From the NCBI GenBank assembly GCA_963707985.1, contig CAVPRW010000024.1:32001-96000 (forward strand): a stretch of DNA of 64,000 nucleotides, read 5' to 3'. The notes under the pieces are model-generated. The model was not told the origin of the DNA and did no database searches. It saw only the letters and a list, made by a program, of their open reading frames with translations. This stretch comes from an uncultured Nitrospinota bacterium (GTDB taxonomy: Bacteria > Tectomicrobia > Entotheonellia > J063 > CAVPRW01). Both the position numbers and the translations under genes were made by a program. This document shows, piece by piece, positions 1-10,731 of this stretch; position 1 is the stretch's first letter; each line of letters begins with the position of its first letter.

Positions 1-882
1 GGTCGCGGCGTGAGCCGCCAGTTCTGGCGACGGGTGCTGAGCTTCGAGCACCGCCTCGGCCGCGGAGCTGCGCCAGGGGACCGGAGCGACGCCTCCCAGC
101 ACGAGACGGGCCTGGCGTATGACGCCTGTCTCGAGGGCATAGCCGACGGCTACACTGACCACCGGGAAATCCCCGGCGGTGCGCTCGCGCGCCTTCATGT
201 ACGTCCCCACCCATCCCTGCCGCCCGGCCGGTAGGATCACCGCCGTCAGCACTTCATCGGCCGCCAACACGTTCTCGCGCCGGACGTCCTGTTCTGGTCC
301 GGCGAAGAATTGCTCAAGAGGCAACGTACGCACCCCAGCCATACCAGCGATGGACACTTGTGCACCAAGCGCCATCAGGGGTGGTGCAAGGTCCGAGGCG
401 TGCACACTGTAGCAGCCCTGACCACCCAGAATGGACAGGTAGGCTTGATACGGACTGTCGACTGCGGGACAATCCGTCCCCCCTTTTTTCAGGCATGCTG
501 TCAGTGCATGGCGGTAATAGAGGCAGCGCGGGCGCTGGCAGAGATTGCCACCTAAGGTTCCCTGGGCGCGAATCTCGGGCGTGGCCACGCTGCGCGCTGC
601 TTCCGCGAGAAGCCGATAAGGGCCGTCCAGGTGCGGGTCGTATTCGAGTTGCGCCACGGTGACCAGCGCGCCCAATCGGATCCCCCCGCCCCACTCTTCT
701 ATGTGGCGTAGCTCATCAACGCCTGCCAGACTTATCAGACGTTCGTATTGGACCACATCATCTTTGAGCTCCCCGAGTAAGTCGCTGCCACCTGCGATCA
801 GGCGGGACTGGTCTGGCCCAGCGGTGAGCAGGCGGATGACGTCGTCCAGGCTGGTCGGCTCAATAAACGCAAATGGTCTCAC
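1..882 (-). CDS. Xanthine dehydrogenase-family FAD-binding subunit (3' end runs off window)
   Basis: Not in the ORF track; translated by hand from GTG at 882, which overlaps the TGA of the Mo subunit: MRPFAFIEPTSLDDVIRLL...YMKARERTAGDFPVVSVAV...ARLVLGGVAPVPWR, typical of YagS/CoxM-like subunits. Confidence 0.9.
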   Translation of the reverse strand, partial: MRPFAFIEPTSLDDVIRLLTAGPDQSRLIAGGSDLLGELKDDVVQYERLISLAGVDELRHIEEWGGGIRLGALVTVAQLEYDPHLDGPYRLLAEAARSVATPEIRAQGTLGGNLCQRPRCLYYRHALTACLKKGGTDCPAVDSPYQAYLSILGGQGCYSVHASDLAPPLMALGAQVSIAGMAGVRTLPLEQFFAGPEQDVRRENVLAADEVLTAVILPAGRQGWVGTYMKARERTAGDFPVVSVAVGYALETGVIRQARLVLGGVAPVPWRSSAAEAVLEAQHPSPELAAHAAT

Positions 883-3089
883 CGCACGCCCTTTCCTTGC
901 GCAGAGATCGCCTGCAGGACTCGCTGTGGGGTAAACGGCACATCGCGCAGCCATACCCCTGTGGCATTGGCAACGGCGTTGGCCACCGCGGCCAACACCG
1001 GCACTACCGGTGGTTCGCCGAGAGCTTTAGCGCCATAGGGGCCGACGGGGTCGGGACCGGCGGGGAACAGCACCTCGATCGGCGGAAAATCGACGATGCT
1101 GGTACTTTTGTGCTCGAGAAAATTGGCGTTCAACGTCACCCCAAGGTGCTTGTCCAGATACAACTCCTCTCGCAAGGCGATGCCGAGAAACTGTAACACA
1201 CCACCCGAAACCTGATTTTCGGCCAGGCGCGGATGCACGATGCGTCCAGAGTCGTGTGCGGCCACGTAGCGTAGCACCCGGATGCGGCCATTGCGGATAT
1301 CGACCTCAACTTCAGCGAAATGAGCGGCAAAGGCGTTGGTGAGATAGGCATTGCTACCTGAAGTGACGCGCGCAATGCCGACAACGTCGTCACGCCTGAT
1401 GGGGGACACCCCTGGGTCGAACGCCTGGGGGATGCCATCGAAAAGCGCCAGCAGTTGGCGTTTGGCCTCCTCGGCGGCGAGCTTGACCGCCGCGCCAGTG
1501 GTGATGGTGGTGCTCGAACCGGCGGTTACATGGGCTGGTGGCGTGAGGTCAGTGTCGGCCATCACCACGTCGATACGATCGACAGGCACTCCCAGGGCTT
1601 CGGCGGCGATTTGCGCCAGGATAGTCGTTGAGCCCTGCCCGACGTCGACCCCCCCAACGGCGAGCTGGACTCGACCGTCGGGTGTAATGCGCACCTCTGC
1701 TTCGCCTTCGCGGCCTGTGCCACCCTTATAAATACCCATGGCCAGGCCCATTCCACGCCGCACCATGCCGCTAGCGCTGCCGTTGGGCTGTCGCCGCTGG
1801 CGCCAGCCGATGCGCTCCGCCCCAGCCAACAGGCACTCCCGCAAGTCGTTGCTGGAGAACGGCACCCCGCCTTCGACGGGCTCATCCGGCAATATTTGAT
1901 CTTGGGGGGTACGGCGTTGGCCCGGCTGTCCGGCGCTGGTGACATGGTGCTGCAGGCGATAGTCGAGCGGATCGACACCCAGCGCCGAGGCGATCTGGTC
2001 TATTAAGACCTCCAGTGCAAAGTGTCCCAGAGGTGCCCCCAGACCTCGGAACGAACCCCCGGCCGGGCGATTAGTATAGACAGTCGTGCCCTCGAAACGA
2101 GCGTTTGGACAGGTGTAGAGGTACAGTGCGCCCTGGCCGACACGGCGGGTGACATTCATCCCCGATGCCACAAACGCCCCGGCGTTCATCGTAGCATGCA
2201 GGTCGATCGCCAGGGGCGTGCCGTCGTCTTGAATGCCGATTTTCAGACGCATATGGGCTTCTTGTCGGTTGCGGCCCGCAACGAATTCCTCCGTCCGACT
2301 ATACTCGACGCGTACCGGCCGACCCGCCTTGCGTGCCAGTAACGCCACCAGCACCGCTAGGCGCCCTTCATCCTTATTGCCAAAGCCACCGCCCATGTTG
2401 GGGCAGATGACGCGCACCTGCTCCAGCGGCAGGTCCAGCACACTGGCAAGGGTCCGCCGGTCGGAGGCATGCACGGCCCGACTGGTCTTCCACACCGTCA
2501 GCCGATCGCCATCCCACTCGGCCAGTGCGGCACGGGTTTCCATGCCCACAGGCGCGTGCATCTGGGTATGAAAGGTGTCCTCGAACACCCGTGCCGCCGC
2601 TGCAAATCCCTGCGCCACGCTGCCCCGCTCGACTACCAGAGTTTTGTCACCCACCAGATTGCCTTGTGAATGCACCAACGGCGCTCCCGGTTGCAGCGCC
2701 TCCTCAGCGTCGAATACCGCGGCGAGGACCTCATATTCGACGCGGATCAGGCGCAATGCATCTTCAGCGACGGCCTCACTGTCTGCCGCCACCAGGGCCA
2801 CCTCATCACCCACAAAACGCAGGACCGGTTCGAGGGGCAACAAATCCGCATCAAGGCGCCGCTGTGGTACATCCTGATAGGTTAGGACCGCGTGCACACC
2901 AGGAATGCGCTCTGCCTCAGAAGTATCAATGTGGACAATTCGGGCATGTGGATGTGGGCTGCGCAGCACTCGACCATATAACATACCTGGCCGTTTAAGG
3001 TCGGCGGTATAGCGCGCTTCCCCCCGCACTTTCTCTGCCAATCCCAGGCGTGGCACGGCCACTCCCACCACGGCTAGATCATGCTCCAT
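879..3089 (-). CDS. Xanthine dehydrogenase-family molybdopterin-binding subunit
   Basis: 736 aa; motifs EKVRGEARYTAD, LRSPHPHARI, GGGFGNK, FRGLGAP, GQGS, GPYGAKALGEPP. Confidence 0.95.
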   Translation of the reverse strand: MEHDLAVVGVAVPRLGLAEKVRGEARYTADLKRPGMLYGRVLRSPHPHARIVHIDTSEAERIPGVHAVLTYQDVPQRRLDADLLPLEPVLRFVGDEVALVAADSEAVAEDALRLIRVEYEVLAAVFDAEEALQPGAPLVHSQGNLVGDKTLVVERGSVAQGFAAAARVFEDTFHTQMHAPVGMETRAALAEWDGDRLTVWKTSRAVHASDRRTLASVLDLPLEQVRVICPNMGGGFGNKDEGRLAVLVALLARKAGRPVRVEYSRTEEFVAGRNRQEAHMRLKIGIQDDGTPLAIDLHATMNAGAFVASGMNVTRRVGQGALYLYTCPNARFEGTTVYTNRPAGGSFRGLGAPLGHFALEVLIDQIASALGVDPLDYRLQHHVTSAGQPGQRRTPQDQILPDEPVEGGVPFSSNDLRECLLAGAERIGWRQRRQPNGSASGMVRRGMGLAMGIYKGGTGREGEAEVRITPDGRVQLAVGGVDVGQGSTTILAQIAAEALGVPVDRIDVVMADTDLTPPAHVTAGSSTTITTGAAVKLAAEEAKRQLLALFDGIPQAFDPGVSPIRRDDVVGIARVTSGSNAYLTNAFAAHFAEVEVDIRNGRIRVLRYVAAHDSGRIVHPRLAENQVSGGVLQFLGIALREELYLDKHLGVTLNANFLEHKSTSIVDFPPIEVLFPAGPDPVGPYGAKALGEPPVVPVLAAVANAVANATGVWLRDVPFTPQRVLQAISAQGKGVR

Positions 3090-3110
3090 TGGTCTCTCCT
3101 CCTCATGCCG

Positions 3111-3620
3111 TCACGAACGCCGCCGGCCGGCATCGCATACCGCGGCCACGATATTGTCGTAGGCATTGCAGCGGCAGATGTGGCCCACCAACTCCCAGCG
3201 CAGCTGTTGTGCATCGGCGTCCGGAAACCGCTGTAACGCCGCATAGGCCGCGACGGCGAATCCCGGGGTACAGAAGCCACATTGTCCGGCATCGTTGATG
3301 ACGAACGCCTCGAGTAACGGGCGAAAATCCTCTCGTTCGGCTAACCCTTCGATGGTCACAATCTTCCGCCCCCGCGCTTGGATGGCCAGGAGATGGCAGG
3401 CGTACATCGGTTGGCCATCCACAAGCACTGTACAGGCGCCGCACTCCCCACGGTCGCAGGCTCGCTTTGCGCCAGTGAGATCGAGGTGGTCTCGTAACAC
3501 ATCCAATAGGGTCGTGCGGGGCTCAAGATCGATGGGGTGCACTTGCCCATTGACCTCGAAGTGCAACTGGGTGCGCTGCGGTCCAGCGTTCATTGCTTCT
3601 GTGGATTGTGTGTGGTCCAT
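3111..3620 (-). CDS. (2Fe-2S)-binding subunit of XDH/CoxS family
   Basis: GAKRACDRGECGACTV and QCGFCTPG...CRC motifs; exact start uncertain. Confidence 0.93.
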   Translation of the reverse strand: MDHTQSTEAMNAGPQRTQLHFEVNGQVHPIDLEPRTTLLDVLRDHLDLTGAKRACDRGECGACTVLVDGQPMYACHLLAIQARGRKIVTIEGLAEREDFRPLLEAFVINDAGQCGFCTPGFAVAAYAALQRFPDADAQQLRWELVGHICRCNAYDNIVAAVCDAGRRRS

Positions 3621-3869
3621 CGCTCTTCCAATCATTCAAAGAGTTACTGCCCTCACCGTGACTCTCTCCCGGAGGGCGGAAGATTAAGCCCGGAGACGAG
3701 GTGATACGGCCGTGCCGACACCCGCGATCCGCACTCGACTATAAGGCGAGCCCGCGTCCCTTGCTGCGTACAGAGGAGATCGGCCTTTTCGGTTACCTGC
3801 GATATCCTGGGCCGCTATATGTAGCCACAGGATACTACACAACTCGATGATTGCTGGCAAATATTATGG

Positions 3870-4110
3870 GCTGTATTGGCGGTGGCCACCTCAGGGCCAA
3901 AGGCCGTCGAATTGGCGGGCGAAGTCGCCGACGGTGGACTGCTCATGGTGGGGTATATACCGGGAATCGTCGCTGTAGCTCCGGAATGCTTGCAGCGCGG
4001 CGCGTGGAGGCCATCGGCGCCACAGCGTTTGTGCCCGGTGAGATCGTCGTCCAGCTCTGCGATGCGCTGGGCCTGATCGGTACAGCCCGAGCATTGCGCC
4101 CAGAGGATTA
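3870..4110 (+). pseudogene. Remnant of LLM-class flavin/F420-dependent oxidoreductase
   Basis: Fragment VATSGPKAVELAGEVADGGLLMVG matches the LLM 'ASGPKxxxLAGEIADG' motif; the next piece (EIVVQLCDALGLIGT) is in another frame; no full ORF. Confidence 0.6.
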
Positions 4111-4147
4111 TGGCGATGGCCGACGGCGGATGTCCATCACCCCCGCT

Positions 4148-5008
4148 TCAGACCTTCAGGTGTTCCTTGAAGAAGGCGACCGTGCGCGCCCACGCCTGTT
4201 CGGCCGCTGACTTATTGTAGCGTGCCTCGGACGTATCGTTATTGAAGGCATGTTGGGCGCCTTCGTAAATATATATGGTGTATGATTTGTTGGCTTTCTT
4301 GAGCGCCTCTTCGAACGCCGGGATGCCTTCGTTGATACGCGTGTCCTGCCCAGCGTACTGTAGCAACAACGGCGCCTTGATCTTTTCTACGTCGGTGCCC
4401 TTGGGTTGTTGGCCATAATAGACCACGCCGGCATCGAGGTCGGGTGCGTTGACGGCGAGAGCGCCCACCATCCCGCCGCCCCAGCAAAAGCCCACGGCTC
4501 CGACCCTGCCGTTGCTATTGGCATGCTTTTCAAGAAAGGTGACGGCAGAAACCAGAGTCTGCACTGTTTGCTGGCCATCCAGCTTGCCAATCATGTCGCG
4601 TGCGGTGTCTTCGTTGTCAGGGGTCCCACCCGCCGACGACAAAAGGTCTGGCGCCAACACGAGAAAGCCCTCGAGGGCGATACGTCGCGTGACATCTTCG
4701 ATATGTGGGTTGAGACCACGGTTTTCGTGGATGACGATCACGGCCGGTAGTTTCCCGGCGCCTTTGGGACGCGCCATATAGGCCTTGACATCGCCTGTAG
4801 CTCCGGCATAGGTGGTATGGCCGGTCTCGAGCCGCGGATCTTCGGGCGATACCTGTCCTGCCCGCGCCTGGTTGGCCTCAAGCAGCGGCACGAGGGCGAT
4901 GGCAGCTGCGATACTACCGGTGAGTTGGGCCAACCGTGCCAGAAACACGCGACGATCGAGCGGTGCATGGGTGTATTCGTCGTACAGATCGATGATTTTT
5001 TGATCCAT
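4148..5008 (-). CDS. Dienelactone hydrolase family protein (YghX-like)
   Basis: MDQKIIDLYDEYTH start, VIHENRGLNPHIEDV, GFCWGG nucleophile motif, HAFNND. Confidence 0.93.
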   Translation of the reverse strand: MDQKIIDLYDEYTHAPLDRRVFLARLAQLTGSIAAAIALVPLLEANQARAGQVSPEDPRLETGHTTYAGATGDVKAYMARPKGAGKLPAVIVIHENRGLNPHIEDVTRRIALEGFLVLAPDLLSSAGGTPDNEDTARDMIGKLDGQQTVQTLVSAVTFLEKHANSNGRVGAVGFCWGGGMVGALAVNAPDLDAGVVYYGQQPKGTDVEKIKAPLLLQYAGQDTRINEGIPAFEEALKKANKSYTIYIYEGAQHAFNNDTSEARYNKSAAEQAWARTVAFFKEHLKV

Positions 5009-5254
5009 GGGGTGTCTCTCCAGTGAGTCCACCTTTCGTCCCCTTTGATGTGGGCGTGGCCCTATCTACTCCGAAACCGATGGTAACCCACCCCCTTCTT
5101 CTCGTCAAGCTCCATCACGGTTAGGGTAGGCGGAAAATATAAAGGAAATGGCGGGTGATCGCGGGCCGTGGACCCGTGTCAGCTACTGACCCTGATTGGT
5201 TGGGGTCGCCGTCACGGGAGAAAAGTACGGGGGATGAACTGGCAGCGAACGATA

Positions 5255-5854
5255 CTACAACAGCTTGACCCGCTGGCCAATGGTGGGTTCGATGCCGGCT
5301 AGTATACGCTCGATATTCTCACGATGGCGATACCAGATCAGCGTCGCCGCCAATAGAGCAGAGAGCGTGTAGGGGGCAGGGGAACCCCACAGCAGTGCCG
5401 CTATGGGTAAGAATGCTGCAGCAACCAGAGAGCCGACCGAGACCTGGCGCCGGAAGGCCAGACACGCGGCCCACACGACGCAAGCGAGGAGCAGCGGGCC
5501 AAGCAGCAAGGGAATAAAGACGCCAAGGGTGGTGGCCACGCCTTTGCCGCCGTGGAAACCGGCGAACAGTGGATACAAGTGGCCCACCACTGCAGCCAAT
5601 GCAACCAGGCCGATAGCCCAGGGGGAGGTCAACCACACCCGTGCCAAGAGGACAGGGAGTAACCCCTTTGCCAGATCTCCCACCAGCGTCAGCACCGCGG
5701 CCCCCTTGCCGACGGCGCGGAGGACGTTTGTCATGCCGATATTCCCACTGCCGTGCTGACGTATATCAATGCCCATTTGCCAGCGGGCGATCAGCAATCC
5801 CGTCGGGATCGATCCCAAACCGTAGCCGACGGCGACGAGCAGGACGGTTACCAT
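5255..5854 (-). CDS. plsY: Glycerol-3-phosphate acyltransferase PlsY
   Basis: GYGLGSIP, GSGNIGMTN, GHLYP, GGKGVAT, RHRENIER motifs. Confidence 0.95.
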   Translation of the reverse strand: MVTVLLVAVGYGLGSIPTGLLIARWQMGIDIRQHGSGNIGMTNVLRAVGKGAAVLTLVGDLAKGLLPVLLARVWLTSPWAIGLVALAAVVGHLYPLFAGFHGGKGVATTLGVFIPLLLGPLLLACVVWAACLAFRRQVSVGSLVAAAFLPIAALLWGSPAPYTLSALLAATLIWYRHRENIERILAGIEPTIGQRVKLL

Positions 5855-6435
5855 CGATACTGCAACCCTTGGCGGCACTTCAGGTAATACTCAACGCCTG
5901 AAACCAGGCTCAGGACGAGACTGAGCGTTAACAGCCCCATACCCACTGTGGGGAAGCTCAGCGGCCATATCTGGTAGTCGAGGATTAGCAGCAAGATTGC
6001 CACAATCTGCAGGACGGTCTTCATTTTCGCCATGGGGCTGGCATGGATGATGACCTGTTCTGCCGCGGCGATTTCACGCAAGCCTGACACTGCAAACTCC
6101 CGGATCAGCATGACTGCTGCCATCCAGGCCGGCACCCGACCCAACCCGACGAGTGGAATCAATCCCGCCGCCAGCAGGATTTTATCGGCGATCGGATCGA
6201 GCAGCTTCCCCAGTGTCGTCACCTGCTTGGTGGAGCGTGCCAGATGGCCATCCAGCCAGTCGGTCAGCGCCGCACCGGCGAAGATCAGTGCGGCCATCAG
6301 CGCATTGACCCGTGACGGGGCAATCAAGAACGCCAGCAGAAACGGCACCAACAGCATACGTAGCAGCGTGATCTTGGTTGGCAGGTTGATTTTATAGGCT
6401 TCGGGAGGTGCATTTTCTACCTTTTCACGTCCCAT
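5848..6435 (-). CDS. pgsA: CDP-diacylglycerol--glycerol-3-phosphate 3-phosphatidyltransferase
   Basis: CDP-alcohol phosphotransferase motif TDWLDGHLAR...GKLLDPIADK. Confidence 0.95.
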   Translation of the reverse strand: MGREKVENAPPEAYKINLPTKITLLRMLLVPFLLAFLIAPSRVNALMAALIFAGAALTDWLDGHLARSTKQVTTLGKLLDPIADKILLAAGLIPLVGLGRVPAWMAAVMLIREFAVSGLREIAAAEQVIIHASPMAKMKTVLQIVAILLLILDYQIWPLSFPTVGMGLLTLSLVLSLVSGVEYYLKCRQGLQYRW

Positions 6436-7118
6436 TGGCTCAATTGTTCCTGTGACAGAGGTACGTTGCTGAACAGAACGAGCCCCGAGGGCGTGATGTA
6501 GCGGTGGATCTGCGTGCCTCGGGTCTGTTCATACAACATGAGCACCTTGTTGACGTACGACTCAAGCATAGGGGGAACCCCGCCATGCTTGCGCACCAGG
6601 CCTTCCCCACCATTATAGGCGGCGATAGCCAGGGGGAGTTGATTGTCGAAGAGCTGGAGAAGATCGCTCAGGTAACGAATCCCTCCCTCGATGTTCTGCT
6701 CGGGGTTGAGCGGATTGTACACCCGGTAGTACTGGGCAATGAGCGGCATCAGTTGCATGAGACCTCGGGCACCTTTGGGGGAAATAGCTGTAGGATCGAA
6801 ATCGGACTCGACTGCCATAAGGGCACTCACCAGGTTGGGGCTGAGCCCGTGACGGCGGGCCAGTTGTTCCACCTCGGTGCGGTATGGATGAGCCTGGACA
6901 CGTAATTGCCGACTCGATGGCTTTAGTTCGGGTGCGCCTGGAGGTGCGCCACGAGGATCGGGGGTGGGGGGAATGTTGGTGAACCAGATCACCCCCTCAG
7001 CGTCGATGTATCGGACGATCTTCGCCCACGCCTCAGGGGAGGGGAACATCCCGATTCCATGCATAATAATTCCCACCAGGCCCAGACGGACATATCTCCA
7101 GCCAGGACATACACTCAA
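6417..7118 (-). CDS. Lytic transglycosylase (SLT domain) with N-terminal DUF4124-like segment
   Basis: [23 protein letters not shown] and AAYNGG motifs; [15 protein letters not shown]. Confidence 0.9.
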   Translation of the reverse strand: MSVCPGWRYVRLGLVGIIMHGIGMFPSPEAWAKIVRYIDAEGVIWFTNIPPTPDPRGAPPGAPELKPSSRQLRVQAHPYRTEVEQLARRHGLSPNLVSALMAVESDFDPTAISPKGARGLMQLMPLIAQYYRVYNPLNPEQNIEGGIRYLSDLLQLFDNQLPLAIAAYNGGEGLVRKHGGVPPMLESYVNKVLMLYEQTRGTQIHRYITPSGLVLFSNVPLSQEQLSQWDVKR

Positions 7119-7969
7119 TTCAAGTAATCCTTGAGGGCTTTAGTTTTTGCCTTGGCCCGCAGGAGGTCTTTGGCACGTTTCTCGATCTGCCGTACACGCT
7201 CGCGACTCAGCCCCAGCATCTTGCCGATCTCTTCCAGGGTTTTGGGTTCGTCATCGAAGCCAAAGCGCAAACGGAGGATTTGTTGCTCACGCGCGGGAAT
7301 CTGGCTCAGAAGTTCGTTAATCTCCTCAGTGAGGGTCGACTTGATGTACGTTTCTTCAACGGAGGGCAGTGTTTTCGATTGCAAAAGATCGAGATGACTG
7401 ACCTCTCCATCGTTGCTGATTGGAGCATCGAGAGAGAGGTAGCTGCGGTAAACCCGGAGGATGGTCTCGACCTCTTCGGGAGGCAAGTCCAGCTCTTTGC
7501 CGATCTCGGTGCTGGAGGGTTCGGCTCCGGTGCGATGGATGTATTGGCGATAGCTCTCAGCGATCTTATGCAGGGTACCCATTTGCTTGAGCGGGAGGCG
7601 TACCGTCCCACCTTGTTCTGCCAGGGCATGCATAATCGCTTGCCGGATCCACCATACCGCATAGGTGATAAACTTGACGCCCCGAGTAGGATCGAAACGT
7701 TTAGCGGCCTGGATTAAACCGATGTTGCCCTCGTTGATGAGGTCGGCGAGGGAGAGGCCGCAGCCGATATACTTGCGCGCTACGCTGACGACGTAGCGTA
7801 GATTACTGCGGATGAGCTTATCGAGCCCTTCTTGGTCCCCAGCCTGCGCGCGTGTAGCCAACTCCACCTCTTCTTCGCGCGTGAGCAAAGGGATCTTTTC
7901 GATTTTCTTGAGATAGGCTTGCAGGGAATCCCCGGTCACCGAGTAGCGGTCGCTGCCATTCTTTGCCAC
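7115..7969 (-). CDS. RNA polymerase sigma-70 family factor (RpoD/RpoS-like, no region 1.1)
   Basis: [48 protein letters not shown]...[10 protein letters not shown]. Confidence 0.95.
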   Translation of the reverse strand: MAKNGSDRYSVTGDSLQAYLKKIEKIPLLTREEEVELATRAQAGDQEGLDKLIRSNLRYVVSVARKYIGCGLSLADLINEGNIGLIQAAKRFDPTRGVKFITYAVWWIRQAIMHALAEQGGTVRLPLKQMGTLHKIAESYRQYIHRTGAEPSSTEIGKELDLPPEEVETILRVYRSYLSLDAPISNDGEVSHLDLLQSKTLPSVEETYIKSTLTEEINELLSQIPAREQQILRLRFGFDDEPKTLEEIGKMLGLSRERVRQIEKRAKDLLRAKAKTKALKDYLN

Positions 7970-8006
7970 AGGTTGATTCCTTCCCGGTTATGACACGCAG
8001 CCTAGC

Positions 8007-8822
8007 TCATCGCAACGATGCTAGCCGCGCTTTGGCTTGATTGGCATAGCGGCTTTGCGGGTAGCGCTGGACTAACTCGTCGAAGACACTGGTGGCTCCT
8101 TGGGGATTGTCGCTCCGCACGTAAGCGCTGCCTAAGAGAAAGAGCGCTTCATCTGCGAAGCTCACCTCAGGGTAAGTTTTGAGCAAACCCTCGAAACGTC
8201 CGATGGCCGCTGGATACGCCCCCTGTCCGTAGTAGAAGCGACCGACATAGAGTTCGTACGCAGCTAGCCGCTCACGGCTCGCCGCCAGCTTCTCCGTCGC
8301 TTCATCGACATACGCGCTGCGCGGGTAAGACTGGATCAAGCGCTGGAATTCCTGCACTGCTTCTTGCGTCGTGCTTTGATCGCGATCGATGGTCTTCACG
8401 CGCAGGAAGGAACACATGGCGCTGTTGAATTGTGCTTTCGGAGCTTCGGGACTTGTCGGAAACAGCTCCAGGAAACGACGGTATTGGAACTTGGCCTCTT
8501 CATAGCGTTTGTCCCCGTATAAGGCGTCGGCCAAGGCCAGCAAAGCGTCTGGACGCCGTTTATCCTGTGGGTGTTGCTCAAGAAACTTACTAAAGGCCTG
8601 CTCAGCCTTGGCGTACTTACGGCGAGCCATCTCCCGTTGTCCGAGCTCATACCATTCGTCCGAGCTGCGACGTGGGCCTGCGGAACTTGCGCACCCGCCC
8701 ACGAGGACCACAATCGCCAGGAAGCAGACAAAGTTCCACACCTCTGCGCCTATGAGGAGCGGGCGAACTTTGCCGGACTGCATGGACTGACATGTGTGTA
8801 TGGTCCATCCGCAACGTCGCAT
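8007..8822 (-). CDS. bamD: Outer membrane assembly lipoprotein BamD
   Basis: Lipobox VGGC, TPR repeats, IDRDQSTT...YPRSAY...LAAYELYVGRFY...AAIGRF. Confidence 0.9.
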   Translation of the reverse strand: MRRCGWTIHTCQSMQSGKVRPLLIGAEVWNFVCFLAIVVLVGGCASSAGPRRSSDEWYELGQREMARRKYAKAEQAFSKFLEQHPQDKRRPDALLALADALYGDKRYEEAKFQYRRFLELFPTSPEAPKAQFNSAMCSFLRVKTIDRDQSTTQEAVQEFQRLIQSYPRSAYVDEATEKLAASRERLAAYELYVGRFYYGQGAYPAAIGRFEGLLKTYPEVSFADEALFLLGSAYVRSDNPQGATSVFDELVQRYPQSRYANQAKARLASLR

Positions 8823-8869
8823 TAGGATTGATATAGCCTCCTTTGAATACAGGATTTGTACGCCTCGGT

Positions 8870-8898
8870 ATCATAGAAAGGTCAAGGGGGGTTGTCAA
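8870..8898 (-). promoter_or_regulatory. Sigma70-type promoter for the bamD operon
   Basis: Minus strand TTGACA-17 nt-TATGAT. Confidence 0.7.
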
Positions 8899-9016
8899 GG
8901 GAAAAGGCGGGCGATGGAGGCACGTGCCATGGGCCGGATCGGAGGTTGAATAAGTGCACGTCAATCGCCCAGACGTCCGTCTCATGAGTGCCTTCAATGC
9001 CGGTGGATACTCCTAC

Positions 9017-9083
9017 TTGTATTGTGGTATTGATATCTGTATAATAGTGTCCAATTGAAATACTAGAATTTGGGCCACCGAAA
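9017..9083 (+). promoter_or_regulatory. Promoter (TTGTAT-17-TATAAT) and downstream imperfect palindrome, candidate autoregulatory operator
   Basis: -35 at 9017-9022, -10 at 9040-9045; ATTTGGGCCACCGAAA at 9068-9083. Confidence 0.5.
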
Positions 9084-9106
9084 ATTTTTTTTATGGGAGA
9101 GAGGCC

Positions 9107-9802
9107 ATGGCCACATCACAGTCGAAAATCCCGCAGGCCATAGAGGACTATCTGGTAGCGATCTATGTGCTCGAGCGGGAGGGCCTGTCGGTCATTAGCG
9201 CCAGGGTGGCGGAGCATGTCGGGGTGTCCCCAGTGACCATGCATGAGATGGTTCGGCGGCTCACCCAGAGCGGCTACGTGAGCATCGATCGCAAAAAACA
9301 GTTGCGCTTGACCCCCGAAGGGCAGCAGATGGCTGAGAGCGTCTACCGGCGCCACACCCTAGCGGAGCGCTTGATGACTGATGTGTTGGGACTGGACTGG
9401 GCGCAGGCACATCGCGAAGCGCATCGTTTCGAGCATGTGATCACCCCGCTCATCGAAGAACGGTTGGCTGAGCTGCTCAAATATCCACAAACCTGTCCGC
9501 ACGGTAACCCGATCCCGGGAGTGCGTGTCCAGTTAGTTGAAGAGAGTGTGCCACTCTCTACCGTCACTGAAGGTACCACTGTCGAAGTGGCCCGTATCAG
9601 TGAAGAAGCTGAGCGGGATATTCAGTTACTGGGTTATCTAGACACCCATGGCGTCAGACCCGGCATCTGGGTGGTGGTAACGCAAGTTGCCCCGTGGCTG
9701 GGTACGATTATGCTGCGACGCGAGGATGACGAATTCCCCATTGGTCTGCAGGTTGCCACCAAAATCCACGTTCGTCCCCTGCAAACACCTCCGCAACCCT
9801 AA
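9107..9802 (+). CDS. DtxR/IdeR/MntR-family metal-dependent regulator with C-terminal FeoA domain
   Basis: EDYL, VSPVTM HTH, RRHTLAERLM, HREAHRFEH, TCPHGNPIP, FeoA-like tail. Confidence 0.93.
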   Translation: MATSQSKIPQAIEDYLVAIYVLEREGLSVISARVAEHVGVSPVTMHEMVRRLTQSGYVSIDRKKQLRLTPEGQQMAESVYRRHTLAERLMTDVLGLDWAQAHREAHRFEHVITPLIEERLAELLKYPQTCPHGNPIPGVRVQLVEESVPLSTVTEGTTVEVARISEEAERDIQLLGYLDTHGVRPGIWVVVTQVAPWLGTIMLRREDDEFPIGLQVATKIHVRPLQTPPQP

Positions 9803-9819
9803 TGTTTTGTGGTCTCGTC

Positions 9820-10731
9820 TCAGGTCCAGCCTGATTCTTCACGATCACCTCTCACTGGCCGTGAATGCGGTCTCTCTGTTATCATGGCCCACGACCCTCC
9901 CGCCCGGCAAGTGTCATGCGCAGACGGCAGCAGCGGTGTGGCCACTGGCGTGTTCCACCCATCGATTCCCTGCCAGGCAAATGACAGATTGCTTGCGGGG
10001 CAACACGCACCCATCTTCTTCTGCACCGCGTTAAAAACCATCGCCATCACCAAGTCGGCTTCGAGCGCCCGCCCATCTGCTTTGAAAACTCCTCTCCTGC
10101 CGATCCTGGCGATGAGTACTCCGATGTCCCGGGTGCGAATATGCCGATTATACACATCGAATTTTTCTGTAGGCTGCGTCGCAAGAAATCCATCCGTCAA
10201 GCCGATGTGTACCAACTCATCGATAAAGGCGAGTAGAACATCGCAGAGATGGTCTGGCGCATCCCGATGATCCGGGTCTACCTCCAGGGCTCGAAGGAGG
10301 CATTCAACGGCCTGCTCAAGCTTGGCCTGGCGCAAGTACAAAAATCCCAGATTACTATGCCCTGTGGCATAGTGTGGATTGGCCTCCAAACCGCGTCGGA
10401 GCTCCGCAATAGCAGCCTCCAGTCGCCCTGCTCTGAACAAGTGCACTGCGGCGTCATTGGCTTGAACAGCGGTGACATGCCCCTGCAGTGTCGTAAACCA
10501 CTCCGGGGCATCGGCCAAAGTCGTGTCGAAATCGCTGCAGGCAGGGTGGAGTGCTCTGAACAGGTTGAGCTTTGCGGGGCAAATATGCGTCGGCGCATCA
10601 CCTGTGAGCCGCGGTGAGGGGGATGGCCCCGCTATCGGTGGCCAGGGAGCGCAGGCAATTACAGGCGGCACGCTGGAGTTTTTCTTGCCAAAGATTTTGC
10701 TCCACAGGCTCGCCAGCTTGCCACCAGTCAT
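9820..10731 (-). CDS. Tetratricopeptide repeat protein
   Basis: Two TPR units ([26 protein letters not shown]...RALEVDP); start overlaps the piuC stop. Confidence 0.75.
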   Translation of the reverse strand: MTGGKLASLWSKIFGKKNSSVPPVIACAPWPPIAGPSPSPRLTGDAPTHICPAKLNLFRALHPACSDFDTTLADAPEWFTTLQGHVTAVQANDAAVHLFRAGRLEAAIAELRRGLEANPHYATGHSNLGFLYLRQAKLEQAVECLLRALEVDPDHRDAPDHLCDVLLAFIDELVHIGLTDGFLATQPTEKFDVYNRHIRTRDIGVLIARIGRRGVFKADGRALEADLVMAMVFNAVQKKMGACCPASNLSFAWQGIDGWNTPVATPLLPSAHDTCRAGGSWAMITERPHSRPVRGDREESGWT

